The notes: generated from the sequence alone by a model not told the origin. A DNA stretch of 64,000 nt from Flavobacteriaceae bacterium (GCA_017852395.1 JAFMLE010000007.1:16101-80100); one strand, 5' to 3'. Positions 39,803-48,927 are shown, counted from the first letter of the stretch. A program made the numbers and translations.

Positions 39803-41191
39803 ATGATGACGCTGACCACACAACAACAACAGCAACTCGATGAACTGATTGCCTTACTAAAAATCCCCTCCATCAGTGCAGACTCCAACTACAAAGTAGC
39901 GGTTGCAGAAGCTGCAGATTGGGTATGTGCCGCATTGGCATCGGCAGGTTGTGAAGGGACTAAAGTAATTCCCACAGCGGGGCATCCAATTGTCTATGGC
40001 GAAAAAATCATCGATCCCAGCCTACCCATCGTTTTGGTTTATGGCCACTATGATGTGCAACCACCAGATCCCATCGAATTGTGGGACAGCCCCCCTTTTG
40101 AACCCGTAATCAAAACAACAGAGATTCACCCCCATGGAGCGATCTTTGCGCGTGGCGCTTGCGATGACAAGGGGCAGTTTTTTATGCACATCAAAGCCCT
40201 CGAAAACATGATAGCCCATAACACTCTGGCCTGTAATGTCAAGTTTATGATCGAAGGCGAAGAAGAAGTGGGCAGCGATCATTTGGAACAATTTGTAAAA
40301 GAAAATAAAGACCAACTGCGTGCAGATGTTATTTTGATTTCCGACACGGGTATTGGCAATATCAATGCTCCTGCAATTACAACCGGACTCCGAGGAATGA
40401 GCTATATGGAAGTGACCGTCACAGGGCCCAATCGCGATCTGCACTCCGGTTTGTATGGCGGTACAGTTGCCAATCCGATCAATATTTTATGTGATATGAT
40501 CTCGTCATTGCACGATGACCAGAGACGCATTACTATTCCCGGGTTTTATGATGCTGTGGTCGAATATACTCCCGAAGAACGCAAAACCATCGAACAGGCA
40601 CCAATCGATGATACGGCCTTTAAAAAAGCTTTGGATCTCGATGCGCTGATGGGCGAATCCGGGTATACGACCTTAGAACGCAAATCCCTCCGCCCTACCC
40701 TCGACGTCAATGGCATCTGGGGGGGCTATACCGGAGAAGGTTCCAAAACGGTGATCGCCAGCAAAGCACACGCCAAAATATCCATGCGATTGGTACCCAA
40801 CCAAGATTGGGTAGCAATCAGTACACTTTTTGAAAACCATTTTAAGGCCCTTGCCCCAAAGGGGGTAACCGTTTCTGTAAAAACCCACCACGGAGGCAAA
40901 CCTTACGTCACCCCACTTAACAGCATGGGGTATCAGGCGGCCTACAAAGCCTATGAAGAAAGCTTTGGAGTAGCTCCAGTCGCCCTTAGAGACGGAGGAA
41001 GTATCCCCATTGTACCGATGTTCGAAGAAGTGTTGGGGATCAAAACCATTCTAATGGGCTTTGGCTTGGATAGTGATGCGATTCACTCCCCTAATGAAAA
41101 TTATGGCTTGGTCAATTTTTTTAAAGGTATCGAAACCATTCCACTCTTTTACAAACACTTTGCAGCACTTTTTAAGCAAGGTGAAGCATAA
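39803..41191 (+). CDS. M20 family dipeptidase
   Basis: I use the internal ATG at 39803. Contains GHYDVQP, ARGACDDKGQ and EGEEEVGS motifs. Length 462 aa. Confidence 0.85.
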   Translation: MMTLTTQQQQQLDELIALLKIPSISADSNYKVAVAEAADWVCAALASAGCEGTKVIPTAGHPIVYGEKIIDPSLPIVLVYGHYDVQPPDPIELWDSPPFEPVIKTTEIHPHGAIFARGACDDKGQFFMHIKALENMIAHNTLACNVKFMIEGEEEVGSDHLEQFVKENKDQLRADVILISDTGIGNINAPAITTGLRGMSYMEVTVTGPNRDLHSGLYGGTVANPINILCDMISSLHDDQRRITIPGFYDAVVEYTPEERKTIEQAPIDDTAFKKALDLDALMGESGYTTLERKSLRPTLDVNGIWGGYTGEGSKTVIASKAHAKISMRLVPNQDWVAISTLFENHFKALAPKGVTVSVKTHHGGKPYVTPLNSMGYQAAYKAYEESFGVAPVALRDGGSIPIVPMFEEVLGIKTILMGFGLDSDAIHSPNENYGLVNFFKGIETIPLFYKHFAALFKQGEA

Positions 41192-42305
41192 ACAATTCGG
41201 CGGCGATGCCGTCAGATAAAAACCGAGCTTTAACCGGAATTCTGAGTATATCGCCATCCCAATAGAGGTAGTTTGCGGCAATCTGTTTTTCGGCTTGTTC
41301 CTCCAAATAACGAGCATAAATTGGCCCAAATTGTGTTTCGATAAAGCCTTTAGAAACGCCCCATTCGGTGCGCAAACCAATCATAATATATTCGTTATAC
41401 CGATCTTTTGGGGTTAAGGTTTCTTTTTCTAAAGGCAATCGATTTTTTTCGAGTGCTTGTATGTACTTTGCATTGTTGGCAACATTCCACGACCGTTGTG
41501 AAGCGCCATCATATGAGTGGGCTGAGGGGCCAATTCCGATATAAGGCAGCCCTTTCCAATAGTTGCTGTTGTTGACGGCATAAAACCCTTGTTTTCCAAA
41601 ATTAGAAAACTCATAATTGTGGTAGCCCTCACTTTCTAAGCGCTGCACCAAATGGTCATATTGTTGCTGCACCTGTTCGTCGTCTAATAATTGAATTTGA
41701 TCCGTTTGTACCCATCGGTGGAGAACTGTTTTGGGCTCTACCGTAAGCGCATAGGCCGATATATGAGGGGGTTGAAACGCTAGTACCCGATCTAAAGTTT
41801 TTTGCCACTCAACAAGTGAACTACCGGGCATACCATAGATAAGGTCTACGGAATAATTATCGAATATTTTAGAAACCTCATCCAATATCCGTAGAGAATC
41901 TGTGGCCCCGTGCGCACGGTTCATCAACTTCAAATCCCGGTCTAGAAAAGATTGGACTCCTATACTTAACCTGTTGATTCCCAGGTTATAAACACCTTTA
42001 AGGTATTCGGGGTGACCATCATCGGGATTCAACTCCAACGTACACTCTGCGCCATCCAAAACCCGGTAATGTATGTAAATCAAACCGATGATTTCTTCCA
42101 ATTCCGATAGGGACAATAGAGAGGGTGAGCCGCCTCCAAAGTAGATACTTTGAAGCGGGGTTTTTACTTCGCTTTTGCGAAGCACAAGTTCTTTTTTAAG
42201 CGCGGATATAAGGGCGGTCTTATTTTTAAGTCCCGTACTAAAATGAAAATTGCAATAATGACACGCCTGTTTACAAAAAGGAAAATGAAGATATAGACTT
42301 GCCAT
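41172..42305 (-). CDS. hemW: radical SAM family heme chaperone HemW / HemN-like protein
   Basis: 377 aa. Contains LYLHFPFCKQACHYCNF (CxxxCxxC), GGGSPS, and NSNYWKG...IGIGPSAHSY in the HemN C-terminal domain. Confidence 0.85.
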   Translation of the reverse strand: MASLYLHFPFCKQACHYCNFHFSTGLKNKTALISALKKELVLRKSEVKTPLQSIYFGGGSPSLLSLSELEEIIGLIYIHYRVLDGAECTLELNPDDGHPEYLKGVYNLGINRLSIGVQSFLDRDLKLMNRAHGATDSLRILDEVSKIFDNYSVDLIYGMPGSSLVEWQKTLDRVLAFQPPHISAYALTVEPKTVLHRWVQTDQIQLLDDEQVQQQYDHLVQRLESEGYHNYEFSNFGKQGFYAVNNSNYWKGLPYIGIGPSAHSYDGASQRSWNVANNAKYIQALEKNRLPLEKETLTPKDRYNEYIMIGLRTEWGVSKGFIETQFGPIYARYLEEQAEKQIAANYLYWDGDILRIPVKARFLSDGIAAELFMLHLA

Positions 42306-42339
42306 AAGCGGGTTTAGACAGCCACCAAATTAACCGAAT

Positions 42340-42444
42340 TTAATGGCATTGGCAACCTTCGCAATGGCAATTTTGACAGGTGCAGGAGGTGCAGCTTCCA
42401 TTTTGACAAGACGTGCAAGAACAGGTACAAGAAATCTTTTTCAT
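42340..42444 (-). CDS. unannotated 34-aa cysteine-rich (metallothionein-like) peptide MKKISCTCSCTSCQNGSCTSCTCQNCHCEGCQCH
   Basis: Hand reverse-complement and translation of 42444 to 42340. It has 11 Cys and 2 His, and an internal repeat (SCTSC twice, CQN twice). It fills the otherwise empty 198-nt ruvC-hemW spacer on the same strand as both genes. It is below the ORF-track length cutoff. Confidence 0.45.
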   Translation of the reverse strand: MKKISCTCSCTSCQNGSCTSCTCQNCHCEGCQCH

Positions 42445-42503
42445 GAGTAAGTAATTTTGAGTTCACTCATAAAGGTACTTTATTTTATATACTTTACCGG
42501 CCT

Positions 42504-43061
42504 TTAGCTGGCTTTATCCTGGTTTTGACGAACAAAAGAGGCCCAACCCGAATAGGTTTTCTCGGTGGTTGCTTTTCCCGAATTATAAAAATGACAAACT
42601 GCTGCGGCAAGACCATCTGTAGCATCGAGGTTTTTGGGGAGTGTTTTGATTTTGAGCAATTGCTGCAACATCTTTGCCACCTGCTCTTTGCTCGCATTTC
42701 CATTACCCGTAATGGCCATTTTTATTTTTTTTGGCGAATATTCTGTTATTGGAACTTCACGGCTCAAGCCGGCCGCCATAGCCACTCCTTGAGCGCGCCC
42801 AAGTTTTAACATCGACTGCACGTTTTTACCAAAAAAAGGGGCTTCAATAGCAATTTCGTCGGGATGATAATTGTCGATCAGTTCAATGGTTCTTTGAAAG
42901 ATATGCTTCAACTTGAGGTAATGGTTAGTATATTTTTTGAGCTGTAGCTCGTGAAGTTGCATCAATTCCATTTGCTGTCCACAAACACGTATCAATCCAA
43001 AACCCATTATGGTCGTACCCGGGTCTATACCAAGGATAATCCGTGTTGTTTGATCATTCAT
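42504..43061 (-). CDS. ruvC: crossover junction endodeoxyribonuclease
   Basis: 185 aa. Contains [14 protein letters not shown] and the later EAPFFGKN and [12 protein letters not shown] catalytic motifs. Confidence 0.95.
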   Translation of the reverse strand: MNDQTTRIILGIDPGTTIMGFGLIRVCGQQMELMQLHELQLKKYTNHYLKLKHIFQRTIELIDNYHPDEIAIEAPFFGKNVQSMLKLGRAQGVAMAAGLSREVPITEYSPKKIKMAITGNGNASKEQVAKMLQQLLKIKTLPKNLDATDGLAAAVCHFYNSGKATTEKTYSGWASFVRQNQDKAS

Positions 43062-43543
43062 TTTGTTATTGCCTCGATTTGTATTGGGAGTTCTATGGTT
43101 ATATTAACAAAAGTCCCCACATTGGTTTTGGTTGCCGGCAAAGCTTGCGGCAATTGCGCGACAGCCTGATTAATGGCCGGGGTCAGATCTGCAATTTTAG
43201 AAGATAAATCATCGGGGTCATCGATTTTGAGGAGTGAAATATGTCCTGCTTTGTCAACCAATAGTTGGAGTGTCAAATTTCCTTGCGTGGGAGCATCTGC
43301 CACCAATCCTTTGAATTCCAAATAATTGGTTATTGCATCACTTAAAACGGATAGAAAACAGGTTTGTTGGGCGCTAATTTCCAAATCTTCGCATTCAGCA
43401 AAAGAAGGAAATTGATCTTTGGCGGACCATTGTGTTGCTTTTTGAATCTCGGAAGCAGGCACCTTGGTTTCGAAATATTCACAACCAGAAAAAAGTAGGA
43501 GGGCTAGACTCCAAAAAACAGGGGCAAAAGGTTTCATCATCAT
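43058..43543 (-). CDS. hypothetical lipoprotein
   Basis: 161 aa. Has a lipobox (LLLFSGC). Its stop overlaps the ruvC start (ATGA). Confidence 0.55.
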   Translation of the reverse strand: MMMKPFAPVFWSLALLLFSGCEYFETKVPASEIQKATQWSAKDQFPSFAECEDLEISAQQTCFLSVLSDAITNYLEFKGLVADAPTQGNLTLQLLVDKAGHISLLKIDDPDDLSSKIADLTPAINQAVAQLPQALPATKTNVGTFVNITIELPIQIEAITK

Positions 43544-43635
43544 TATGTATATTTGATGTTTAAAGTTACAACTTTTTAAGAAAACCTTTTATTAATCTCG
43601 CTGCACTTAGGTGCGCATCCCCTATCTGTCAAACT

Positions 43636-44136
43636 ATGGAAATCTTGTTATTTAGTTTAAGTTTTTTGTTTATTCTACTTGGATTGGCCGGCAGTTTTTT
43701 GCCTATTTTACCAGGTCCTCTTACGAGCTGGGTTGGTCTTTTTTTATTGCACAAAACAGAAGCCATAGAAGAAAACACCTCCTTTTTGGTGATTACATTT
43801 GTCATTGCGCTGGGGATATTTGTGTTGGATTACATCATTCCCATTTTGGGTACCAAAAAATTTGGTGGGAGTAAAAAAGGCATGTTAGGTGCTACAATTG
43901 GGGTGCTGATTGGTTTGTTGTTTTTAGGACCTTTTGGAGTACTAATTGGCCCCTTTGTAGGGGCCTACATCGGAGAGCTGGTGCAAGATCCTCAAAACAA
44001 AAAGACTGCTTTGCGTGCGGCTTTAGGGTCCATAATTGGGTTTTTGACCGGCGTATTCCTAAAATTTACCGTTGCACTGGTATATATGGGGCTTTATCTA
44101 AATATTGTTTGGAAAAACAGCGCCGCGCTTTTGTAA
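43636..44136 (+). CDS. DUF456-like membrane protein
   Basis: 166 aa with 4 TM helices. Contains GLAGSFLPILPGP, which I recognise as the DUF456 N-terminal motif. Confidence 0.65.
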   Translation: MEILLFSLSFLFILLGLAGSFLPILPGPLTSWVGLFLLHKTEAIEENTSFLVITFVIALGIFVLDYIIPILGTKKFGGSKKGMLGATIGVLIGLLFLGPFGVLIGPFVGAYIGELVQDPQNKKTALRAALGSIIGFLTGVFLKFTVALVYMGLYLNIVWKNSAALL

Positions 44137-44265
44137 ACACTTCCAAGCCACTTCCTTTTCAATTGCAATCAAACCACAACACTATATTTATTTAATGAAA
44201 ACGTTGTGTATCGTTTTCGACTTCGCCTGTTGCGATAGCCGATAATCGATTTTAGAAAAGGAAGT

Positions 44266-44730
44266 TTAGCTCATGGAAGTTTGGGGTTTTTGGGTTGACA
44301 ATGTCGGTATTGCAGCTCGGCGTATTTGTCCACTGAGACTGACTTCTATTTTTTGTGGATGATAACTAAACCATCCTGTTTTTCGTTTTCCAAAATTATT
44401 AATCCGTATGTAGTTTGGGAAATCATTGTTTCCCAACTGATTGTTGTAGGCCAGTCGAAACTCATAAAATTTGGTTGACAATTTTTGAACCCGATACACA
44501 TGACGCATCAAAAAGGATTTGGACTCTTTGCTCAGGTCTTCATCTAAGTCTTTGACGCCCATTTTGGCAAAAAGACTCGAACATGTTATGCGATAATCAT
44601 CATCACTCAAATCCCATAACTCTTGGATTGCAGCAGCTCCAAAGCCCATGGCCGTTGCTTGGAGTACTGAAAACTCCTTAGGAGTAAGGGAAACATTGAG
44701 AATGGATTTTTTTTGTACTGTTGGCTTCAT
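44266..44730 (-). CDS. hypothetical protein with LuxR/GerE-like HTH
   Basis: I use the ATG at 44730 (MKPTVQKK...). LTPKEFSVLQATAMGFGAAAIQELWDLSDDDYRITCSSLFAKMGV resembles a GerE-type HTH. The C-terminal half is unknown, and the context is AT-rich. Confidence 0.4.
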   Translation of the reverse strand: MKPTVQKKSILNVSLTPKEFSVLQATAMGFGAAAIQELWDLSDDDYRITCSSLFAKMGVKDLDEDLSKESKSFLMRHVYRVQKLSTKFYEFRLAYNNQLGNNDFPNYIRINNFGKRKTGWFSYHPQKIEVSLSGQIRRAAIPTLSTQKPQTSMS

Positions 44731-44969
44731 TAGCAAAAATATAAGATTGTACAATGAGGTATCGCGCTTTAAAAACGAATGCAAAACAAATATGCAGTCC
44801 TATTTGTGTGTTGTAGTAATTAGAGTAATAATTGGTTTTATTGAAGTGGATTTTGGTAATCCCTATTTTTTTATGGCCATTGATCAAATTGAAAATTGTA
44901 ATATATGTCCTACAATTTTCAGGGTGTTTCGCTCCTTTTAAATCCTTTATAATTGTGTACTTTTGGAGC

Positions 44970-45176
44970 ATGAAATTATTTCTACTCACTTTTGGACTTT
45001 TGGGATTGGCCTTTGCAGGGATTGCTATAAAAATATGGACCAAAAAAGATGGAAAATTTGCAGGGACCTGCGCCAGTCAAAGCCCGTTTCTCAATAAAGA
45101 CAACAAACCATGTGGGTTGTGCGGCAAAATGCCTGAAGAACAAGAGTGTCGTAACACTGCCCAACATCTAAATTAA
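44970..45176 (+). CDS. 68-aa single-TM, four-Cys protein (NqrM/DUF539-like candidate)
   Basis: Internal ATG at 44970: MKLFLLTFGLLGLAFAGIAIKIWTKKDGKFAGTCASQSPFLNKDNKPCGLCGKMPEEQECRNTAQHLN. It has one N-terminal TM helix followed by exactly four Cys, including CGLCG. A TACTTTTG -7 box lies at 44958-44965. Confidence 0.4.
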   Translation: MKLFLLTFGLLGLAFAGIAIKIWTKKDGKFAGTCASQSPFLNKDNKPCGLCGKMPEEQECRNTAQHLN

Positions 45177-45207
45177 TTTTGTAGTTTTCGGTTAGAATCC
45201 AATTGGA

Positions 45208-45774
45208 ATGGCTACAGAAGTGTTGCATGAGATCATTGTCGCGGCTCAAAATAACGATCAAAAAGCATTTAATGCCCTGTTTGATCATTATTGGTCTTTG
45301 GTTTTCAATTTTCAACTCAAAAACACCAAAAACGACCATACCGCAGAAGAATTGAGCATCCAAACCCTGGCAAAAGCGTTTGATAAAATCGATACCTATA
45401 ATCCAGAATATGCGTTTAGCACTTGGCTGCTCACCATTTCAAAAAACCTTCAAATTGATCAAATCCGTAAAAGTCAAAGACGCCTAACAGGTCCCACAGC
45501 CAAAGAGGAAGCGACAGAAACCATCAGCACTACGACCCCTTCCCCAGAAGAGTTGATGATTGCTTCTCAAAGCCTAGAGCAGGTTCTAAAAGCCCTAAAA
45601 ATTTTAAAACCCGAATACCGCAAGCTGATCCAATTGCGGTTTTTTGAAGAACACAGTTATAAAGAACTGAGCATTGCGCTGGATCAACCGATAAATACTA
45701 TAAAAGTTAAACTATTGCGGGCCAAAAAAGTGCTCGCAGAACACATTAATTTTAATGATTACAACACTACGTAA
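45208..45774 (+). CDS. ECF-type RNA polymerase sigma-70 factor
   Basis: 188 aa. Region 2 (FNALFDHYWSLVFNF...AEELSIQTLAKAF) and region 4 (YRKLIQLRFFEEHSYKELSIAL...TIKVKLLRAKKVL) are both recognisable. Confidence 0.85.
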   Translation: MATEVLHEIIVAAQNNDQKAFNALFDHYWSLVFNFQLKNTKNDHTAEELSIQTLAKAFDKIDTYNPEYAFSTWLLTISKNLQIDQIRKSQRRLTGPTAKEEATETISTTTPSPEELMIASQSLEQVLKALKILKPEYRKLIQLRFFEEHSYKELSIALDQPINTIKVKLLRAKKVLAEHINFNDYNTT

Positions 45775-46966
45775 ACTTGGCCCAGGCCTCTTGTTTGCAG
45801 GAGCTGCCATTGGCGTTTCGCACTTGGTACAATCAACCCGCGCAGGGGCCGACTTTGGATGGGGGCTACTTTGGGCCCTGTTGCTTGTCAATCTCTTTAA
45901 ATACCCCTTTTTCCAATATGGACCACGTTATGCGTTGGCAACTGGAGAAAGTCTTTTAGATGGCTATTACCGATTGGGAAAAGGATATCTATGGGGCTAT
46001 TTTATATTAAATTTTGCCACCATGTTTACCATCCAAACCGCCGTTACCGTGGTAACTGCAGGAATTGCAACCGAACTTTTTGGCATGACCAATGCGGTCA
46101 ATTGGAGCATCATTCTAACTGCAATATGTTTTGCCATTTTGTTGATTGGCAAATACCACCTCTTAGACCGATTTATCAAAATCATCATACTTACGCTTGC
46201 GCTAAGCAGCATTTTGGCCGTCTTGATTGCCTTTTCAAATTCTGAGCAAGCAGTGCCGATAACTCAAGTATTTCCCAAAGGGTCGGGCATGTTGTTTTTG
46301 ATTGCTTTTATGGGTTGGATGCCTGCGCCGTTGGACATTTCAATTTGGCATTCGATTTGGTCTTTAGAAAAAAAGAAAGCCCTAGGAAAAACCCTGGATC
46401 TCAAGGGTGCCATCTTTGATTTCAATGTTGGTTATATCGCTACTGTAGTCCTGGGCTTGTGTTTTATCGGTTTAGGCGCATTGGTCATGTATGGTTCGGG
46501 GGCAAGTTTTTCGAGTCAAGGTGCTGTATTTGCTGGGCAACTCATCGATCTTTATACCACCAATCTTGGGCAAGGAGCCTATGGTCTTATTGCCATCGCG
46601 GCATTTACAACTATGTTTTCGACTACCATTACGACTTTAGACGCTTCTCCACGCTCCATGTCGCGGACAACACAACTCTTGTTTAAACACGATAAAGACC
46701 ACTATTTGCATTGGATCATCGCTTTGGCTTTGGGAACATCGCTAATCTTCTTTTTTTTACTATCAGAAATGGGCCTATTGGTTCAGATAGCGACGGTCTT
46801 ATCCTTTATTACAGCACCGCTATATGCGTTCTTAAATTATCGCTTAGTCATCAGCCAGCATATGCCCCAAAAAGACCAACCCAAAAAAGGATTACGCCTA
46901 TTAAGCATCGTGAGTCTTTTGTTACTCTCTGGATTTACCCTTGGGTATTTGGTCAGTCTATTTTAG
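45755..46966 (+). CDS. NRAMP-family divalent metal transporter
   Basis: 403 aa. Contains LGPGLLFAGAAIGVSHLVQSTRAGA... and is polytopic. The start overlaps the sigma factor gene by 20 nt. Confidence 0.8.
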   Translation: MITTLRKLGPGLLFAGAAIGVSHLVQSTRAGADFGWGLLWALLLVNLFKYPFFQYGPRYALATGESLLDGYYRLGKGYLWGYFILNFATMFTIQTAVTVVTAGIATELFGMTNAVNWSIILTAICFAILLIGKYHLLDRFIKIIILTLALSSILAVLIAFSNSEQAVPITQVFPKGSGMLFLIAFMGWMPAPLDISIWHSIWSLEKKKALGKTLDLKGAIFDFNVGYIATVVLGLCFIGLGALVMYGSGASFSSQGAVFAGQLIDLYTTNLGQGAYGLIAIAAFTTMFSTTITTLDASPRSMSRTTQLLFKHDKDHYLHWIIALALGTSLIFFFLLSEMGLLVQIATVLSFITAPLYAFLNYRLVISQHMPQKDQPKKGLRLLSIVSLLLLSGFTLGYLVSLF

Positions 46967-46991
46967 CGGAACTTAGTATCTTTGAAAAAAA

Positions 46992-47870
46992 ATGGAACGC
47001 GTGGCAGTTGTAGCAGAAAAAAAATCAAAAATTGGCAAACCCGAATGGATTCGAGTAAAGCTTCCTACTGGGAAAAAATATACCGAGCTTAGGGGTCTTG
47101 TGGACAAGTACAAATTACACACCATATGCACCTCGGGCAGTTGCCCCAATATGGGCGAATGTTGGGGAGAAGGAACGGCCACCTTTATGATTTTGGGTAA
47201 TATCTGCACCCGTTCATGTGGATTTTGTGGTGTAAAAACAGGGCGACCTGATACCGTAGATTGGGCAGAACCCGAAAAAGTAGCCCGTTCCATCAAATTG
47301 ATGAACATCAAACATGCCGTGATCACCTCTGTTGACCGAGATGATCTCAAAGATATGGGATCCATCATTTGGGCAGAAACCATACTCGCCATCCGACGGC
47401 TCAACCCACAAACCACTCTAGAAACCTTAATCCCCGATTTTCAAGGAAACACAACCAATTTAGATCGGATTATAGCCGTTGCTCCAGAGGTTGTTTCGCA
47501 CAATATCGAAACCGTAAGAAGACTGACCCGCCAAGTTAGAATCCAAGCAAAATACGACCAAAGCCTCGAAGTACTTCGCTACCTAAAAGCGCAAGGCATT
47601 CACCGTACAAAATCTGGAATCATGCTCGGTCTTGGTGAAACTGAAGAAGAAGTATTCGAAAGCCTCCACGACCTTCGTAAATCCAATGTCGATGTAGTCA
47701 CAATTGGACAATATTTGCAACCCACCAAAAAACACCTACCGGTTTCACGATTTGTAAACCCAGAAGAATTTGGTCGCTACGAAGCCTTTGCCAAAGACCT
47801 TGGGTTTAGACACGTAGAAAGTGGCCCCCTTGTAAGATCAAGCTATAAAGCCCATAAACACATCCAATAA
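46992..47870 (+). CDS. lipA: lipoyl synthase
   Basis: 292 aa. Contains CTSGSCPNMGECW and the radical SAM motif CTRSCGFCGV. Confidence 0.97.
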   Translation: MERVAVVAEKKSKIGKPEWIRVKLPTGKKYTELRGLVDKYKLHTICTSGSCPNMGECWGEGTATFMILGNICTRSCGFCGVKTGRPDTVDWAEPEKVARSIKLMNIKHAVITSVDRDDLKDMGSIIWAETILAIRRLNPQTTLETLIPDFQGNTTNLDRIIAVAPEVVSHNIETVRRLTRQVRIQAKYDQSLEVLRYLKAQGIHRTKSGIMLGLGETEEEVFESLHDLRKSNVDVVTIGQYLQPTKKHLPVSRFVNPEEFGRYEAFAKDLGFRHVESGPLVRSSYKAHKHIQ

Positions 47871-47871
47871 T

Positions 47872-48885
47872 CTAGGTGTTTAGCCAGCCGTTAAATGCTT
47901 TTTGTTGTGCTTCTGTCACAAAACCCAAGTCAATAGGCCAATAATATAAGTGGTCGATATTGGAGAGTTTGGGTGCCAAACGGCCGTAGTCTTTTTCGGT
48001 AGTCAACACAATTTTTTGCGCAGCCGTAGTTTCGATTTTTTGAATATCCGCGGCCGTAAACTCGTGATGATCGGGAAAAGAAAGGTGTGTAAAAATGAGG
48101 TTTAATTGCGCTAACTGATCCAAAAGTGATTGGGGGTTAGCAATACCTGTAATCAATAGAATGTCTTGCAACTTGAGATCCTGCACCTTTAGCATTCGCT
48201 TTTTTCCATGGCAAAATGTTGCGTATTTGATGGTACAGAAAAATAGTTTTTGATGGGGTTGTAGCTGCAGTCGCTTGGCAAAATCGTTTTGCACTTCTGG
48301 CGATAGGTTTTCGGGGCATTTGGTGACCAAAATCACATCGGCACGCCGACAGCCTTTTTGCAACTCACGAAGGCGCCCAACAGGAAGCACAAAATCCAAA
48401 AAATAAGGATTTTGATACGTGGTTGTCAAAATCATTTTTTGAGGTTTTATCCAACGATGTTGCAAGCAATCATCAAAAATAAGCCGCGTGAGCCCCGGAT
48501 CCGAAACCCCTAAATTTTGAACTGCCAAACTGCGGCTTTCAGAAACAACCAGTCGTATTGTGGGATGTTTTTGTAAAAATTGAAAAGGTTCGTCCCCAAT
48601 TTGATCGGCAGTGCTTTTAGGATTCGCAATCAAATAGCCACGTGTTTTACGGCCATACCCCCGGCTGATTACGCCCAAATTGTGAGAGGTTTTCAACTGG
48701 GCAATCAGATAATCAACAACCACAGATTTGCCCGTCCCCCCTACAGACAAATTGCCCACGCCTATACTTGATGTAGGAGGGATCAATGCACTAAAAATCC
48801 CCAGGTCAAACAACCGATTGCGAATTTCCATCACTAGTGCATAAAGCCCTGCAAAAGGAGCCAAGAACCACAAGCGCTTTTTCAT
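47872..48885 (-). CDS. lpxK: tetraacyldisaccharide 4'-kinase
   Basis: I use the ATG at 48885 (MKKRLWFLAPFAGLY...). P-loop VGNLSVGGTGKS is present. Confidence 0.9.
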   Translation of the reverse strand: MKKRLWFLAPFAGLYALVMEIRNRLFDLGIFSALIPPTSSIGVGNLSVGGTGKSVVVDYLIAQLKTSHNLGVISRGYGRKTRGYLIANPKSTADQIGDEPFQFLQKHPTIRLVVSESRSLAVQNLGVSDPGLTRLIFDDCLQHRWIKPQKMILTTTYQNPYFLDFVLPVGRLRELQKGCRRADVILVTKCPENLSPEVQNDFAKRLQLQPHQKLFFCTIKYATFCHGKKRMLKVQDLKLQDILLITGIANPQSLLDQLAQLNLIFTHLSFPDHHEFTAADIQKIETTAAQKIVLTTEKDYGRLAPKLSNIDHLYYWPIDLGFVTEAQQKAFNGWLNT

Positions 48886-48927
48886 GCCCAAAAAGATAAT
48901 ATTATATTTGTAATCATTGACCAATTA

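Noticed and set aside
42340-42444. Cys-rich peptide considered as a SCIFF/ranthipeptide-type RiPP precursor for the adjacent radical SAM enzyme
   Set aside because: There is no leader region (Cys residues begin at residue 6). The neighbouring enzyme has HemW/HemN architecture without a SPASM domain, and there is no protease or exporter nearby. The RiPP idea is kept only as a minor alternative within the main finding.
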